Position numbers and translations under genes: made by a program | DNA from: Iphione sp. A-MEVVRFRX5 | Taxonomy: Eukaryota | Reading direction: 5' to 3' | Assembly (NCBI GenBank): GCA_976226885.1 | Contig: OZ320313.1 | Location: 116,064,001 to 116,128,000 of the forward strand | Length of the DNA stretch: 64,000 nucleotides | In this document: positions 12,800 through 24,677 of the stretch, piece after piece | How the letters are laid out: each line of letters opens with the position of its first letter | Numbering within the stretch: the stretch's first letter is position 1 | The notes under the pieces: generated by a model | Seen by the model: the letters and a program-made list of their open reading frames with translations, nothing else | The model's database searches: none | Told to the model about the DNA's origin: nothing

Positions 12800-14700
12800 G
12801 GTTTTTATTTTAAAAATTAAGCTTAGCGGGATCAGTCTTGCAGCGAACCAGGATTCGACAAAGGTCGGGCCGCATCGCCTTCTCCGCCTGCTCCTGCGCG
12901 TCCGCCGCCGCCGCCGCCGCCTCCTGTTCCTCGGACGCGCTTTCTCTGCGGGTAGCGAGCGGCCCGACACGTCGACCAACCGTTCTGGTACGCTCCCTCC
13001 GGTGCTAGCAGCAGCGGTGGTGTCGTCGGCGGCGCTAACATTACAGAGATCTTCAGCACATTATCCCGGCGTGGAAAAAAGCATACAATTAGGACCAGAA
13101 CCAATCCTGGGGAAGTGGTAAGAAGCAGCGGTTCCGGTGCCGTACCAACAGGTTTGCGCCACTCTGGGTTTTTTTTCCGGCGGCAAAACAAGAACAATAC
13201 TAGGACAGGTATCGATAAGATGCCACCTTGCGTTTGGTCCGGCCGCGAGGGGGGTCCCAGTCGACTCGGGCTAAACACTCAGCAGCCAGCAGTGAGTAGT
13301 CATGGACTGACATTCCTGGCACTGCCACAGGCACTACTGACGAGATGCTCTCTCCCCGCCGTGGGATATAGGTGCAGGCTGTGAGTAGGTAGTAAGTCGG
13401 AGTTGCTCTCCGGCGCCCTCCTTGCGCCCCCGCTGTCTGTCCTGCCGGTGCCAGTGGTAGTGCACCACCACTGACGGCTGAAGAGGCGAATGGCGCGCGC
13501 GAGGCAGTGCGCTTTGCTCGTCGATGGGTGGAAAGCGGGAAGGCTGAAGTCGGGGTGGGATTGGGTGGGGGGTGGGGGCGGTGTTTTACCCCATCTAGCG
13601 GCTAGTCTCCTTGCGTTCCTGTCCACAATGTGCGGGTCGCTGACACTCCCTTATGAAGCTAGTAGTGTATTCTGTGTGCGTGAGTGAGTGAGTGTGACTG
13701 CAAACTCGGCTGCTGTACGAGCTTGTACTGTTAACAACGCCACAGCGTCACTAATGCAAGAACCGCCTACACTGCGAGCAGCTGGCGACAGCTGCTTCAG
13801 AGGCGCTTTCATGAAGGTGATCAGGCGACGAATGTCTCTGCTCTTTCTTACGTCTGCAAAGGGTGCCCGATAACATCCTTTCCAGCATTGCGTACACAAA
13901 GGGAAAGTAGCGTAAACTGTACCTTGTCTTGATTCATTCGCCAGTGCCGTCCATTTCTCTCAAACGTTGAAGAACTCCTGGCAAGCCATGGAAATCGTGT
14001 TGTAGATTATCCTCAAACTGATGAGATGACGCCGTGAACGGTGTCTGTCAATCTACGATGCGATGATATCGTCTGAAAAGAAATACGAACATCATGATTC
14101 TACCAGTGTCTGTTTATTTGCTGCAAGATTAAACCGGTGTAAAAAGTGGGAATGTCTGTGGCTGTAGTGGACTGGTGTAAAGTTCGAATGTTGCAATCTT
14201 CAAAATATCAGTCAACTTCTATAGTTCTTATATGAATGGCGGCACACCATTTGAATAGTTTCAGTTATTACATACACCTTTTTATAAGGGGCTCGCTTGC
14301 AACGATATTTTGCATGATGCTTTAGGTTCTTTAGACCCGAGATTTACCTCAGCTTCATTTTCCTGTCCTGATAAAGCCTGCATAAGTAGACGTTTGTAGC
14401 TTCTTTTAAGTCCGAGCACTCTATTCTTCAAAAACACCTGGATCATATTTGTAAGCTGTTATTTAGTCTCTCGTTAGTTGCTGCCTAGCAAAGGTGCAGG
14501 TTTATACTCTCCATCCATTGATAAACTCTTACCATAAAATTTACTATCACCGTCGTTCCCCCAACCTTCGGCATGTTGACGACCAGCAGTAACTGATCAG
14601 TATCGCCTCTTTGGGTAGCAGTAACAATTTTGGTTTCCTGTTAAACTAATAACACGTGTTTTCAGTTTGTTAAGCTCTGTGCCTCAAAGTCTCGATAACT
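12800..14700 (-). mobile_element. Decayed RTEX/L2-like ORF2 whose 3' half is now GC/CpG-rich
   Basis: Collinear remnants: KEPKASCKI (~14330, NPK.FWK-like), CYRAPFADVRKSRDI (13651-13899 ORF, LY..FVDFRKAFD-like), GVKH...HPDFSLP (~13560-13590, GVKQG..LSP.LF-like), LCNVSAADDTTAAASTGGSVP (~13000-13060, ILGV..ST.NAAV.GELGR.P-like). Confidence 0.4.
12902..12921. repeat. (CCG)6-7 trinucleotide repeat
   Basis: Read directly from the sequence. Confidence 0.95.
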
Positions 14701-14749
14701 GCATGGTACGTGTACTTGGGAATAAAACTATGGTCTGCCCCAGGCTTCT

Positions 14750-15750
14750 TTTTACTGATTTTATCTAGGAAATACATATCTGTCAATAGAGCTGTACATC
14801 TTACTCTTTTATCTTACATCTGCCTGAACTACTCACTCAACCTTACTCGGCACACTTTCCAGGTGAAAAGAGAGCACGATAGCAGATACTGGCCTGTCCC
14901 ATTATTTAAACAGATATATATTCACTAGAACTTACAGTCGGTATTACCTAAACCTGGAGAGGTTCGCAGGTGCTATACAAGTCTAATTCAAAGACTACGT
15001 AGAAGGAAATTCACATATATATCATCATATGAGAATTATATAGATACATGTCCTACAATAACCTGACAACTATTATTATTGTGTGCCACAGTAACATAAT
15101 ACACGTCATCGTTTCAAAACGGCACTCTGCGTCAAGGATTAACATGCAACGAATGGCATTCTTTCCTGGCCGGTCAATATCCTTTGTTCACCAACCACCC
15201 CCGAAATCCCATTTATATTCAGCTTCATATATTTATCCATATGAGATGCCTACAGTCACATCGTTCGAGTCAATGTTGGCATCAGTAAATCATTTTCACC
15301 TTAAGTGACAAGTAATAAATATATTGTATACAAGTGTAATGTGCGCATATCCATGGATAATGTGCTCATGAAGTTTTGATGGAGTTTATATACTTATCCG
15401 GTGAGCTATTCTGTATGACGTCCCTAGACACCACTATAGTGTCACAAAGTGGATCACAAATGGCCCTTGTATATTCCTTGGATAGAAGCTAATTGTTGTA
15501 AGCCCCCGATGAGTCCGTCATTGTATCTAGAAGGGCAATAAAAAAATTCGTTCAATCCAGTGATGTTGTCAATGCATGAACGGCATTAGCGACAATCAGC
15601 TATATTTTAGCTTTGCTGTTTATGTGCTTGGCTACTTTTTACTCAGAAGTGTTGTACCTATATGTGCCACCGCAACTCTAATGACGTCTCCAGTAGATAT
15701 TTTCACAGGCATACATGTAATATTATCATATGTACTGTCAAATCTTCCTT
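14750..15750 (-). mobile_element. Decayed LINE RT fragment
   Basis: Weak remnants: LCDPLCDT (~15440-15460, I..PL..LFN-like) and GFRGG (~15200). Confidence 0.3.
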
Positions 15751-15848
15751 AGGAGACCACCTTCGGCACTTGCACTGGTTGTATTCTTGTACCTATCAAC
15801 ATGGTATATATTTTTATAATTTCCATTAGTGGATTATGAACCTTTTCA

Positions 15849-16051
15849 CGATTTTGACCTGGGTGATTTCAGACCAGGTGATTTCGGACCAGACATGCCA
15901 TTTCGGACCTGTGGATTTCAGACCAGACAGACACTCACACAAACACACACAAACTCTCTGGTCGGATTTATTGCAAATGGATGGTGCCTTCTGTGGAGGA
16001 TACTCTCTCTATTTCTGTCTGTGTCTGTCCGTCTGTCTGTCTGTCTGCCTG

Positions 16052-16098
<47 letters not shown>

Positions 16099-16165
16099 CG
16101 GAAATCACTGTCATCCTGTGGTCCGAAATCACCACAGCGGTCCAAGGTCACCTGGTCTGAAATTG
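15849..16165. mobile_element. Foldback/MITE-like non-autonomous element built from a reiterated 13-mer
   Basis: Left arm has GTGATTTC(A/G)GACC-type copies at 15863, 15878, ~15899 and ~15913. Right arm has inverted GGTCCGAAATCAC-type copies at 16097, 16120, 16139 and 16154. The centre holds CA, GTCT and CT microsatellites. Confidence 0.65.
16054..16095. repeat. (TC)n microsatellite
   Basis: Read directly from the sequence. Confidence 0.97.
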
Positions 16166-16479
16166 TTTCGGTGCAACTTTGCGGACACTTGTATGAACAA
16201 TGCTGACAACTCCGGCAGTATAAACCTACCAATCTGTGGTATAAACCCACCGAATCGTGGTATAAAGGTAATTTGCAAGTTTTGCACTTGGCCAGGTACC
16301 TCTCCCTCGTGTTTTGATTGTCAAGGTCACTGGTGTATTACTACACCCGTTGAAGACAATAGTACAATGTAAGATTCTGTTTCTACTCAAAGCTGTTATA
16401 ATCAAGATCTTTCAGTGAACGTCTACTATGCATGCATGTGTTTTACAAAGGGTCATGTATATCAACAGAATTCCAATAA

Positions 16480-16800
16480 TGCTTTATTTTGTTATTTATA
16501 TATGTATTTGTTTACTGACCATCTCTTTTTACAAAGATTTTCATGGATCAAAACATGCGGTATAAGACATAATGAAAGACAAAACATTATCAGATGGACA
16601 TATATGTAATCGGATTTACATATATGAGATAGGTTTATGAAAGCATAGCATAACTGCATATTTCCAACAATGCAAGACAATAGGAGAAAGCTACCCGTTT
16701 TAACATCGAAAATCGTCGGTCAATGTACCAGTTCCATTACCTATGGTTTGCATAATGATTCGATGTCATAGAGTGGAATTGTGGGTCCTAATTTCATTAG
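16480..16800 (-). mobile_element. Probable LINE 3' end
   Basis: Minus-strand aaaacgggtagctttctcctattgtcttgcattgttggaaat resembles the terminal RSF.Y.G..LWN motif and is followed by an AT-rich UTR. Confidence 0.3.
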
Positions 16801-17419
16801 ATGAGGTTTACCTTTCTGACCGACATGAGAGGCAATATCATACATCATAGCAGTGAATTAGTGGCATCATCTGATATGATCTCCCCCCCACCCTTGCAAG
16901 TGAGGCCCGTATATTGGTGGGCGGTATAAGCTGGGCTGTCCATCCGCAGCCAGTCTCACAGAAACGACAATATTTGAGCAACCTTTTTAGTCACAGCATT
17001 CGACTTGACCCTTCCACGAGGGGGCTCGTTATGAGCGACTCCTGACATTTAGGTGAGTACCTCCTGCAGGCTAAGAATGATATTTGCCCTCGACCCCATA
17101 ACCAAACTCAGCACGAGCCCTCGTCTCACCTCTGACCCTCATCCCATTCGCTTTCACCGTGAGTTTTTTTTTCACAATTCTGTTAGTGGAGACAGAGCAA
17201 CTGGACCGACATAGCTTCAGGTCTGTCCTTCTCTTACTGATTTGTTTATAAATTCAACGATACGATGTCTAAATACATTTTCCTTTCTTCATACGTTTCT
17301 ACGCCGCGATTTGTTTATGTGTCACGTACACGCAAGAAGGGTGGCATAAATATTTTTCGTTAGTGTTTAATCAGTTCTGCTTTGTGCATCGTGCCAATGG
17401 GCTGATGGCTCGAGCGCTT

Positions 17420-17800
17420 GTACTAGGTATCATAGTCTGTCTCATCTGCTAAGAGCATGGCTCGGGGCTAGTCCAAGAGAGTAGGAGTGCCTCTACCGCC
17501 CACATGGTTATTGCTATGCGCCTCAAGCCCAGTGGGTGTCTGCCACTGTTTGCACTTCTCATCGAGATGAAACCTGGGAACGCTGAGGGTGTATGAGGGG
17601 GGAAGGCGCGCCCAACGGACCGCTTTCTGGGAATCGTCGACACCGGAGAGCCTCAGCTACATGTCTCATCCAGGGGGTCGCAAGTAAGTGGTCGGATGAA
17701 GAGTGGGAGGGCAAGTGTCGCCACGCTTACAGGAAGGGACAAGTGTCAACACAGTGACTGCTCGTCAAGGCTCAGCACGCACAGCCACGCTGAATGCGGC
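17420..17800 (-). mobile_element. RTE-like LINE 3' coding fragment (decayed)
   Basis: PWMRHVA (RWLGHV-like), TIPRKRSVGRAF and a downstream THW...IAITMWA resemble the RTE C-terminus. Confidence 0.5.
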
Positions 17801-18099
17801 CGTTATACAGTTTGTTGAACTAACAGATTAGGGGAATAAATGAATAAGGGCCACTTGATTTAATGGGCATTTGTTACACACCACGGCCAACGCAAGCTCA
17901 ATTGACGTGGATCATCTGTCGGGGGGCTTTTCCGCGTGGCTATACTTATGACGAGATTTATCAATGCATTATACAAATATATACGAGGAATGCCACGTGG
18001 CATTCTATACTACAATCAATACTGCGCTTATTCCAAGGCCCGTAATTAAAGGCCTTAAGCCTACGGGTGATAACATTCCCTCATTTTCCCACTGAACAT

Positions 18100-19800
18100 T
18101 GCAACTCTTGATATTTGTTCAACGGTAGTTAAGAATGCGTATCCAAACCAATAAAACAAGAACTCTACACAAGATCAAGCGTGGTTTTTTTGCACAAAAT
18201 TCTGTGCAGATATTTACACCCGATTACATTTCGTATTGATCCACAAACGCACAAAGTCCTGAAGTAGACATTGCAGCGGAAGTTGGAAGTTACTATATTT
18301 ACTGAAGGAAACAGATATCAGAGAATGCACTAAGGTGGCACTACCACGACCACGCATTGGAACGCTATGCACGAAACATATGTGCGGTATAAATGGTCAT
18401 GTCGATCTGGTAAAGATGTAAGAAAGTCAGACCCAATTAACCAAACGGGGCATTTCCCGAGTAAATGCTTTCCATTCCTGTAAAATTCATCAAAACAAAA
18501 GTACCCGTAGGTCCAAGGGGAAAGCATGTATTGCAGATCCGAATTTACTAGCCAGTACACAATTTTCCTTCCCTCCGTAGACAGGTGCAAGTAATCAATC
18601 TTTCAAGGTTTGATGGGATGTTCTTTTCGGAAATGGAGGACCAGCACGTAAGCCTACCGAAAACTAGGCTGTTTGTGTTCTAATTCCAGGTACGAAAGTA
18701 TGACCCCTGTGGAGGAGGGACATGTATAAAATGCTTCATTTTCAAGTGATCCCCCGCGGCAAATTAAGCATTAATTCAATTTGTCAGATAGATGTGTGCA
18801 TAGCATATAAGAGCGCCGATTGTTGCCTCGGGAGGGATGTGGGAGAGTTCTTGTTTTACCTTTTGATGCTTTAACCTTGGTGTCGGGACACCACAGACGG
18901 ATCCAAGACATTTACACAGAGCAGACACTTAACCCTCACGATGCACGACCTCAACTCCGCCGAATGAAACCGAATATTTAGGGAAAGCACTAGCCTGAAA
19001 ATTAATGGAAAATTATTTGACTTGTTTATACCTATTTAACGTAGGCTAGGTAAAGGAGACTGTAGGCAACATGTCCAAATTCAATTTTGATAACATGTAT
19101 AAATCTACATTTATTATGGGGATCCACCAGAGGACTGTTTAATAATCAATGATATACTTCCTCTGATCTCTCGAGCGGCATCTATTATCAACACTGCCGT
19201 TTCCGACCTTGATTAGTCTCGTAGTTTGCAGTGGTCGATCTTTTGGTGTGTTGAGACCTGTTTGCTACTCTTTAGAGGTAGCAAGATAGAGGATATTCAG
19301 GGACGAATAGGATGAAAGGACAGCCGTAAGATTCCGTCATAATGAATGCTATGGAGAGACTGATCAAACAGGACCTTGCGACTCTCCACTTCATCTAAAC
19401 AGCCAATTTGTTGTCAGGACAATCATCAAAACAGAGTTACAATAAATACACGTGTATAGAGCAATACAAGATTGTGAGTTACAGTTTAGCATACAGGTAA
19501 ACTAAGCTTATTCTATGGGTGGTACTCATCCACTAATGGTAATGATAGAGGCAATGGAAATGGAATAAACCTAGTTTTTTAATGTTCTAAACGTGAAGTA
19601 ATAGACCTGGAGAATTAACTATTTTGAAGAATTTCATATTCTAAGAACATGCTATATTTTGAAGCACTAAAGTGAATTCCTTGATGCCATTTTCATCCTG
19701 AAACAAAAGAGAATAGGTATTCGCCTGAGGCTCTATCCTTCCCCATCTGACTTTATTAGGTTGATGTGGTCACTCTGTAATAGTTGTGGGGTCCCATAAA
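18100..19800 (-). mobile_element. Decayed CR1/L2-group RT
   Basis: Collinear remnants: a D.SK.FD-like block (~19070-19110), VCGVP (~18890, CGVPQGS-like) and a YLG..FD..L.W / LY...I..L.Y..VW-like C-terminus (18330-18590). Confidence 0.45.
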
Positions 19801-19869
19801 CCACATAAGAACCATCATCCTTCATACACACACGTAGCAGTCACCCTCTTAGCCCTAAAAGACATTGCT

Positions 19870-20170
19870 GGCGAATGGCAGGACCGCTTCTGGCGCCTCT
19901 TAGCCCTATGATTGGCGGGCTCACGCGAGCTCTGATCACACGGCCGTATCGTCCTTCGTAGAAGCTTGTCACTGAGACCGTGAAAAAGGGCTAAGTGGAT
20001 TCACGCCAGTCAACTTTCATAGCCGCGGCCTTTGTAACGCGTGGCCTTGGGAAGCCCTGGCTGACGCTATGTGATTTGTCAACTGGTTTTCATGGCTGAA
20101 GTCCCATTGTAGGCCATGGTGGAGATGTACACATATGGCCATTGCTAGGTCCCTGTCTGTGGTATAATCT
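19870..20170 (-). mobile_element. RTE-like 3' fragment
   Basis: PGLPKATRYKG resembles GRP.LRYKD. Confidence 0.35.
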
Positions 20171-20199
20171 ATTTAGTACAATGTGTCAAAAAAATACAT

Positions 20200-23100
20200 C
20201 CATGTCAACAGGGTGTCAGCTATTCAAATGTAAAATCATCTTCCGAAAAGGATAATTCACCTCGAGAAGCCATATCAAGAATAATACTCCGTGGGTCTCT
20301 CTATATCCATATTTATAAAAACATTGTTGTAATAGTATCAATTCAGAACTATATCATAAGCGGTCACAAATTTATCTTGTACCCCAGGTTGCGGTAAGCA
20401 GTTTTCAAGCTGATAGACAATTCTCAGTATTACATGCATTCCTTTCTGTAAGATTATGTGTGTTGTGTGCAAGATACAGCTTTTGAATTATTTTCATATA
20501 TTGTATGCTCAGTGTTATCTCATTTCATAGGACTTGTGGAAGGGAAGTCAGAAATCGGGTATTTCTAATGTCAGACTGGAGACAATGGGCAGAATATAGT
20601 GAAATATCATTGTTAAATACAACGCCAATTTTCTTCGGTAGCATCTGTTCACTGCAAAGCCTGCCCGAAAGGTTAATATTTTAAGAGACGAACAAAAGCT
20701 CTCTCCTCGCTAAAATTAAGGGCAGTAGATCTTGGCAAAGCTGTCAGAACGTTACCCTGAAGAAACGCTCTCTCAAAGTGCAATATATCTCATTTAAAGG
20801 GAAACTCAACGTAGGCTTAATGGACAAGAGAGGCCAGCGGATCTTCCTTGAGGAAAGGCCGTCACTCAAGTTCCAGCGATACAAAGTAATTTTTTAAAAG
20901 TAGAATGAGGTGTTATTCTTGTTGGTTTGAGCAGTGAAGCACTGGTACTAGAGGGGAGGGCATGAGTGGGCTAACCGTGGGGCCCTACCACCTGGAAGCT
21001 CCAAGATGGTTCTCACCAGAGAATCTCCTCCCACCCGCTGGGATCAAAGCACGGGCACTACCTGCGGCCTATGTTTGCTGGGGTTCTGTGCACTATTTCA
21101 ATGAGCCGAGGGATGTTTTCTCTACCTCTACTATTATCTAACACAGCGTTTTCCATTCGCCTAGATAGATGCGGAATTCATGAGTTATCTTATAGTAAAA
21201 CATGACGAAGTAACTGTAAAGTTCTCCTTTCGAAATGGCAAATTACTTGTAAAAGTGCATTTCTACCAATTCATTATGAAAAGTTTCCTTATAGTCTATT
21301 TGAAGAATGGAATCAATCCTATTAATGTACCTCTACATATAAATCGCTTTGAGTCTCGTGGGTAAGTGGGCTTAATTACGGTGGCAAATGAACATAAAGA
21401 GCCAGGAAAAATTTTATTAGCAGTTGTGTTTACTCTAGAGTTAGCACAATTGTATATGATTGATAATTTTGCTGCAACTCGTTTATGCTGAGCAGTAGAG
21501 TCTTATCGCCTCAAGTGTCGCTTGCGTCTTATATATTTCCGTGTAGAGAGCATGGCAGGTTGTGGTATAACCGGTTTGTTATTGCACCCTGGTGTGCCGC
21601 AAGAGTAAACACTTTGCACCCATAACATTCAGGGCGTCCTGTCTGTCCGCCATTACATATGGGATAATGTTCTGCAGTTCCTGCGTCGAAGGGCGAGTGG
21701 CAATAACACCTGTGTTCCTGCCAACTTCCTAGTCAGGGCCATTAATGCGGGAATATTAATGTAACTTCTTGCTTTTGCACAATGTATTACATTCTCCAGC
21801 AAAGTGGATTCCTGCGTCGTACGTATTCCAGGAAAAGCTGGTCAAACGAAAGGTCGCTCACTGCAGCGATATGCACTAACGAATGAGGTGCCATACAATA
21901 AAAAAAATACCCAGACAGCTACATGTTCACGTCTGTTTATTTGACTATAGTTCTCACGTCCGTAATGAGTCATAACGGTATTTGTTTTGTGCGTAATGTC
22001 TTGCTGAGATACGGCGAGAGAGGCGAAGTAGATATCCAAACAAATACGTCTGTGGTTTGCGTGGAGTGGATAAATCGCTGATAGCATTTATTGTGTAATG
22101 TCCTTCCTTCATATGATATGAATATTGATGTCTGAGCCTTTCCATTAGAATTCCTCAACTGGCTAATAAGCAAAGCAATCAATCAGTATCCCTGCTAAAG
22201 AGAGTGATAAAAATCAGAAACCACAGAAATTTGTAAAAACAGAACGCTTCATTGACAGGTTTGAAATTGGCTGCTCCTTTTTTGGTACCCACTCGCTTAA
22301 CATTCCAGTACCGCGCATCACTCAGTAATCCCAGCAATTTCTAAGAAGTTTATCGATTGGGCTCGGCCCCCGCATCAATGTAGTACAACTCCTAGCATGG
22401 CGATAGCAGATAGCAAGCGATTCTGTGGCCGTGAACGGCGATACCTGCGAGAGATGAGGCTCGGTTAGGCGACGGCTTTCATGGCAGTGGTAAGGGTACA
22501 TCTCCGGTGCGGACCTGTAATCCAAGGGGCGGTAATGACAGAGCCGCCAATGGCGGGGCATTTATAATCAGGACTCCCACCATACTACCCCTCCGACGAT
22601 ACACTGGTTATCGATCATAAGATTTCCCCAATCCTCCCACAATGAACCGGACGTGAAAAGTCCTCCCACTGCTTCCCAGCTTCCTCTACACTCACGGGCT
22701 CGAACGTCGGACACTGCAGATACAAGCTCCTTCAGGTACCTCGGTCTTTCCGTTGATGAGAGCCTGTTCTCCTGTAGCAAATTGTCAGCATTATTGTTCA
22801 CAACTTTAACTCGACAGTGTATAACTTTCCATGGGGGAAGTTACTTAAATATCAGGAAATTTCTTTCCCCAATTGATTGTTCAAATTCATTTCGTTCTGG
22901 AAAGCAATCGTCCAGATTCCTTCTGAACGCCTATACACAGATGCAGAGGCCTGCAGTATGTTGTACATAATCTAATCAGATCTCCTCTGCTTCTGTCTAC
23001 TTCTCAATAGCCTTATGTGTATAGATGACAATCAACATGGTGACGGAGAGCAAACCTTAGGCTAGGCAGAGTGACAGTTCTCATATCAATGACTGGGTGG

Positions 23101-24230
23101 GTTGACTGACTACAAAATTTGTCCCCACTGACATCCTAAGCCAACATACTTCGGTAATTGGTCTATTCATGATCTTTACCTCAGTGAATACCAATCCTTC
23201 TTCTCTATCAGACAGCTCTATTAGGGTCAGTTAGAACTGTAGGTAATGCTGAGCCGCAACCGAGGTATACATGTACATGTACATGTATACTCCAACGTTT
23301 AATGGTACTGGCACATATCGCAGGTAACCTTTTTACCGGGAAGCAATGCATGTTGGAAAGTGGATTGACTATCAGCTCTTCCGTGGATAAACAGTTGAAC
23401 GGTGCCAGAAGCAGATGATGGGACGCAAACGTCTAGCCGTTGAGTGATCAACAGTAGATACCTAGACCACTACCTAAATCATACGGGAGCTGGCACCGGC
23501 CGGTGACAGGGCGACCTCCTATAGCTATAACTAGAGAAATGCTGATAAAAAAAACCACCGATGCTTGGGTGCACGGCGTCCACTAATGCCTCAAACCTTC
23601 AAAGTTACATTTTACATGACCAGGAAACAGGTCCGACAAGCGGTTACTGGTTGAAGACTTCCTACAGCACATCCGAAGGGCTGCCTGGCCAGAGTGGAGC
23701 TGTGTTGCCCATCTCGACCACCTGCCGTGAGCCCCACGGAGCTAGGCCTTGACTTGTAACATTGACGCCAGCTGGGTCGACAAGTATTAGTGCTTGCTAG
23801 AGGCGCTCCGCCAATGCTACCAGTCACCCTCGGAGGAAAACCTGTCTCGAGTGGAGGTTCGTGCCCAGCAGCAGGAGCCGCAGGAGGATGTAGGAGTGGT
23901 GGTAGACAGATTGCTGCTCTGGATCCATCGTGACTGAATGAAGGGACAGCTGATGAACCTAACTGTGACTTGTTCATTGCTGAACTGACTGTTTTATATC
24001 TCAACAAGGTTAGATCTAGTGGCCTCGGCCACGACTGATGCATTATATTTTGGAGAGATGAATGACAGCAAGTCTTTCTGGGTAGCCGTGGGCGTCGAAG
24101 ACGCCAGGATGATAACTGCCAAGACAACTGTGAATGATGTGTAGCCTCCATAAGCAAAATTTGTGAGAAAAAGTAGCGAGGACATGGCTGTGAAAGATTC
24201 AAGGCCAAGGACTGAGTTGTCCAGGGTAAC
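20200..24230 (-). mobile_element. Decayed near full-length L2/CR1-like LINE (possible ORF1 at 23600-24230, APE at 22300-22800, RT at 20200-21800)
   Basis: NNNADNLLQENRL...RYLKE...AVGGLF (APE start and GGGV-like), HYRPL (YRPP-like), ggcctttcctcaaggaagatccgctggcctctcttg (GVPQGS.LGPLL-like, ~20830-20865) and KIGVVFNNDIS (KNLGV.FD..LSF-like, ~20600-20635). Confidence 0.55.
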
Positions 24231-24607
24231 AAAGGAGTACCATCCGTTCTATTGTGGACAGGAGGGGAATTACAAGCATGAAGCGAGGGAGTGTTAATCC
24301 TTTAAGGAACTGGTCCAGAATGACTTTAAGGTAGGCCTACCCGACGGGGAATTCTCGGCGATTTTTCACCAGCCCTCAAACACCAGGTGTAATTCTGGAG
24401 TAACAACCCCAAAGAGAGATACAGGGCATTTAGTCAACTTCTTTCCTGTTGCGGATCAGCATTACTGCAGAGGACACAATGGAAGCCGTTTCCTGAAGCC
24501 CGGGCGAAATGGAATACATGTACATGTACATTGGTTAGGAAGGCGAGCTGTCATCTGTGGTAAAATGACGTATTGTATTGCATAAAATATGAAGGTGGAA
24601 AAGCATA

Positions 24608-24677
24608 CAGTGGAACCCCTCTACAAAGGACAGTTTTGGTCAGTCCTTTTGCTGTCCGTAGAAGAGAGTTTCCACTG
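24608..24677. mobile_element. 70-bp Tc1/mariner-type MITE
   Basis: TA flanks (24606-07, 24678-79). Imperfect TIRs CAGTGGAACCCCTCTACAAAGGACA / TGTCCGTAGAAGAGAGTTTCCACTG. Confidence 0.75.

Noticed and set aside
12686-13384. Arg-, Gly- or Ala-rich ORFs as real proteins
   Set aside because: They arise from the (CCG)n repeat and GC richness. Protein-like pieces are split across frames and match RT remnants.
15829-16372. ORFs with SLSLSL/ERERER runs (also 35205-35673 and 50961-51320)
   Set aside because: Translations of (CT)/(GA) microsatellites.
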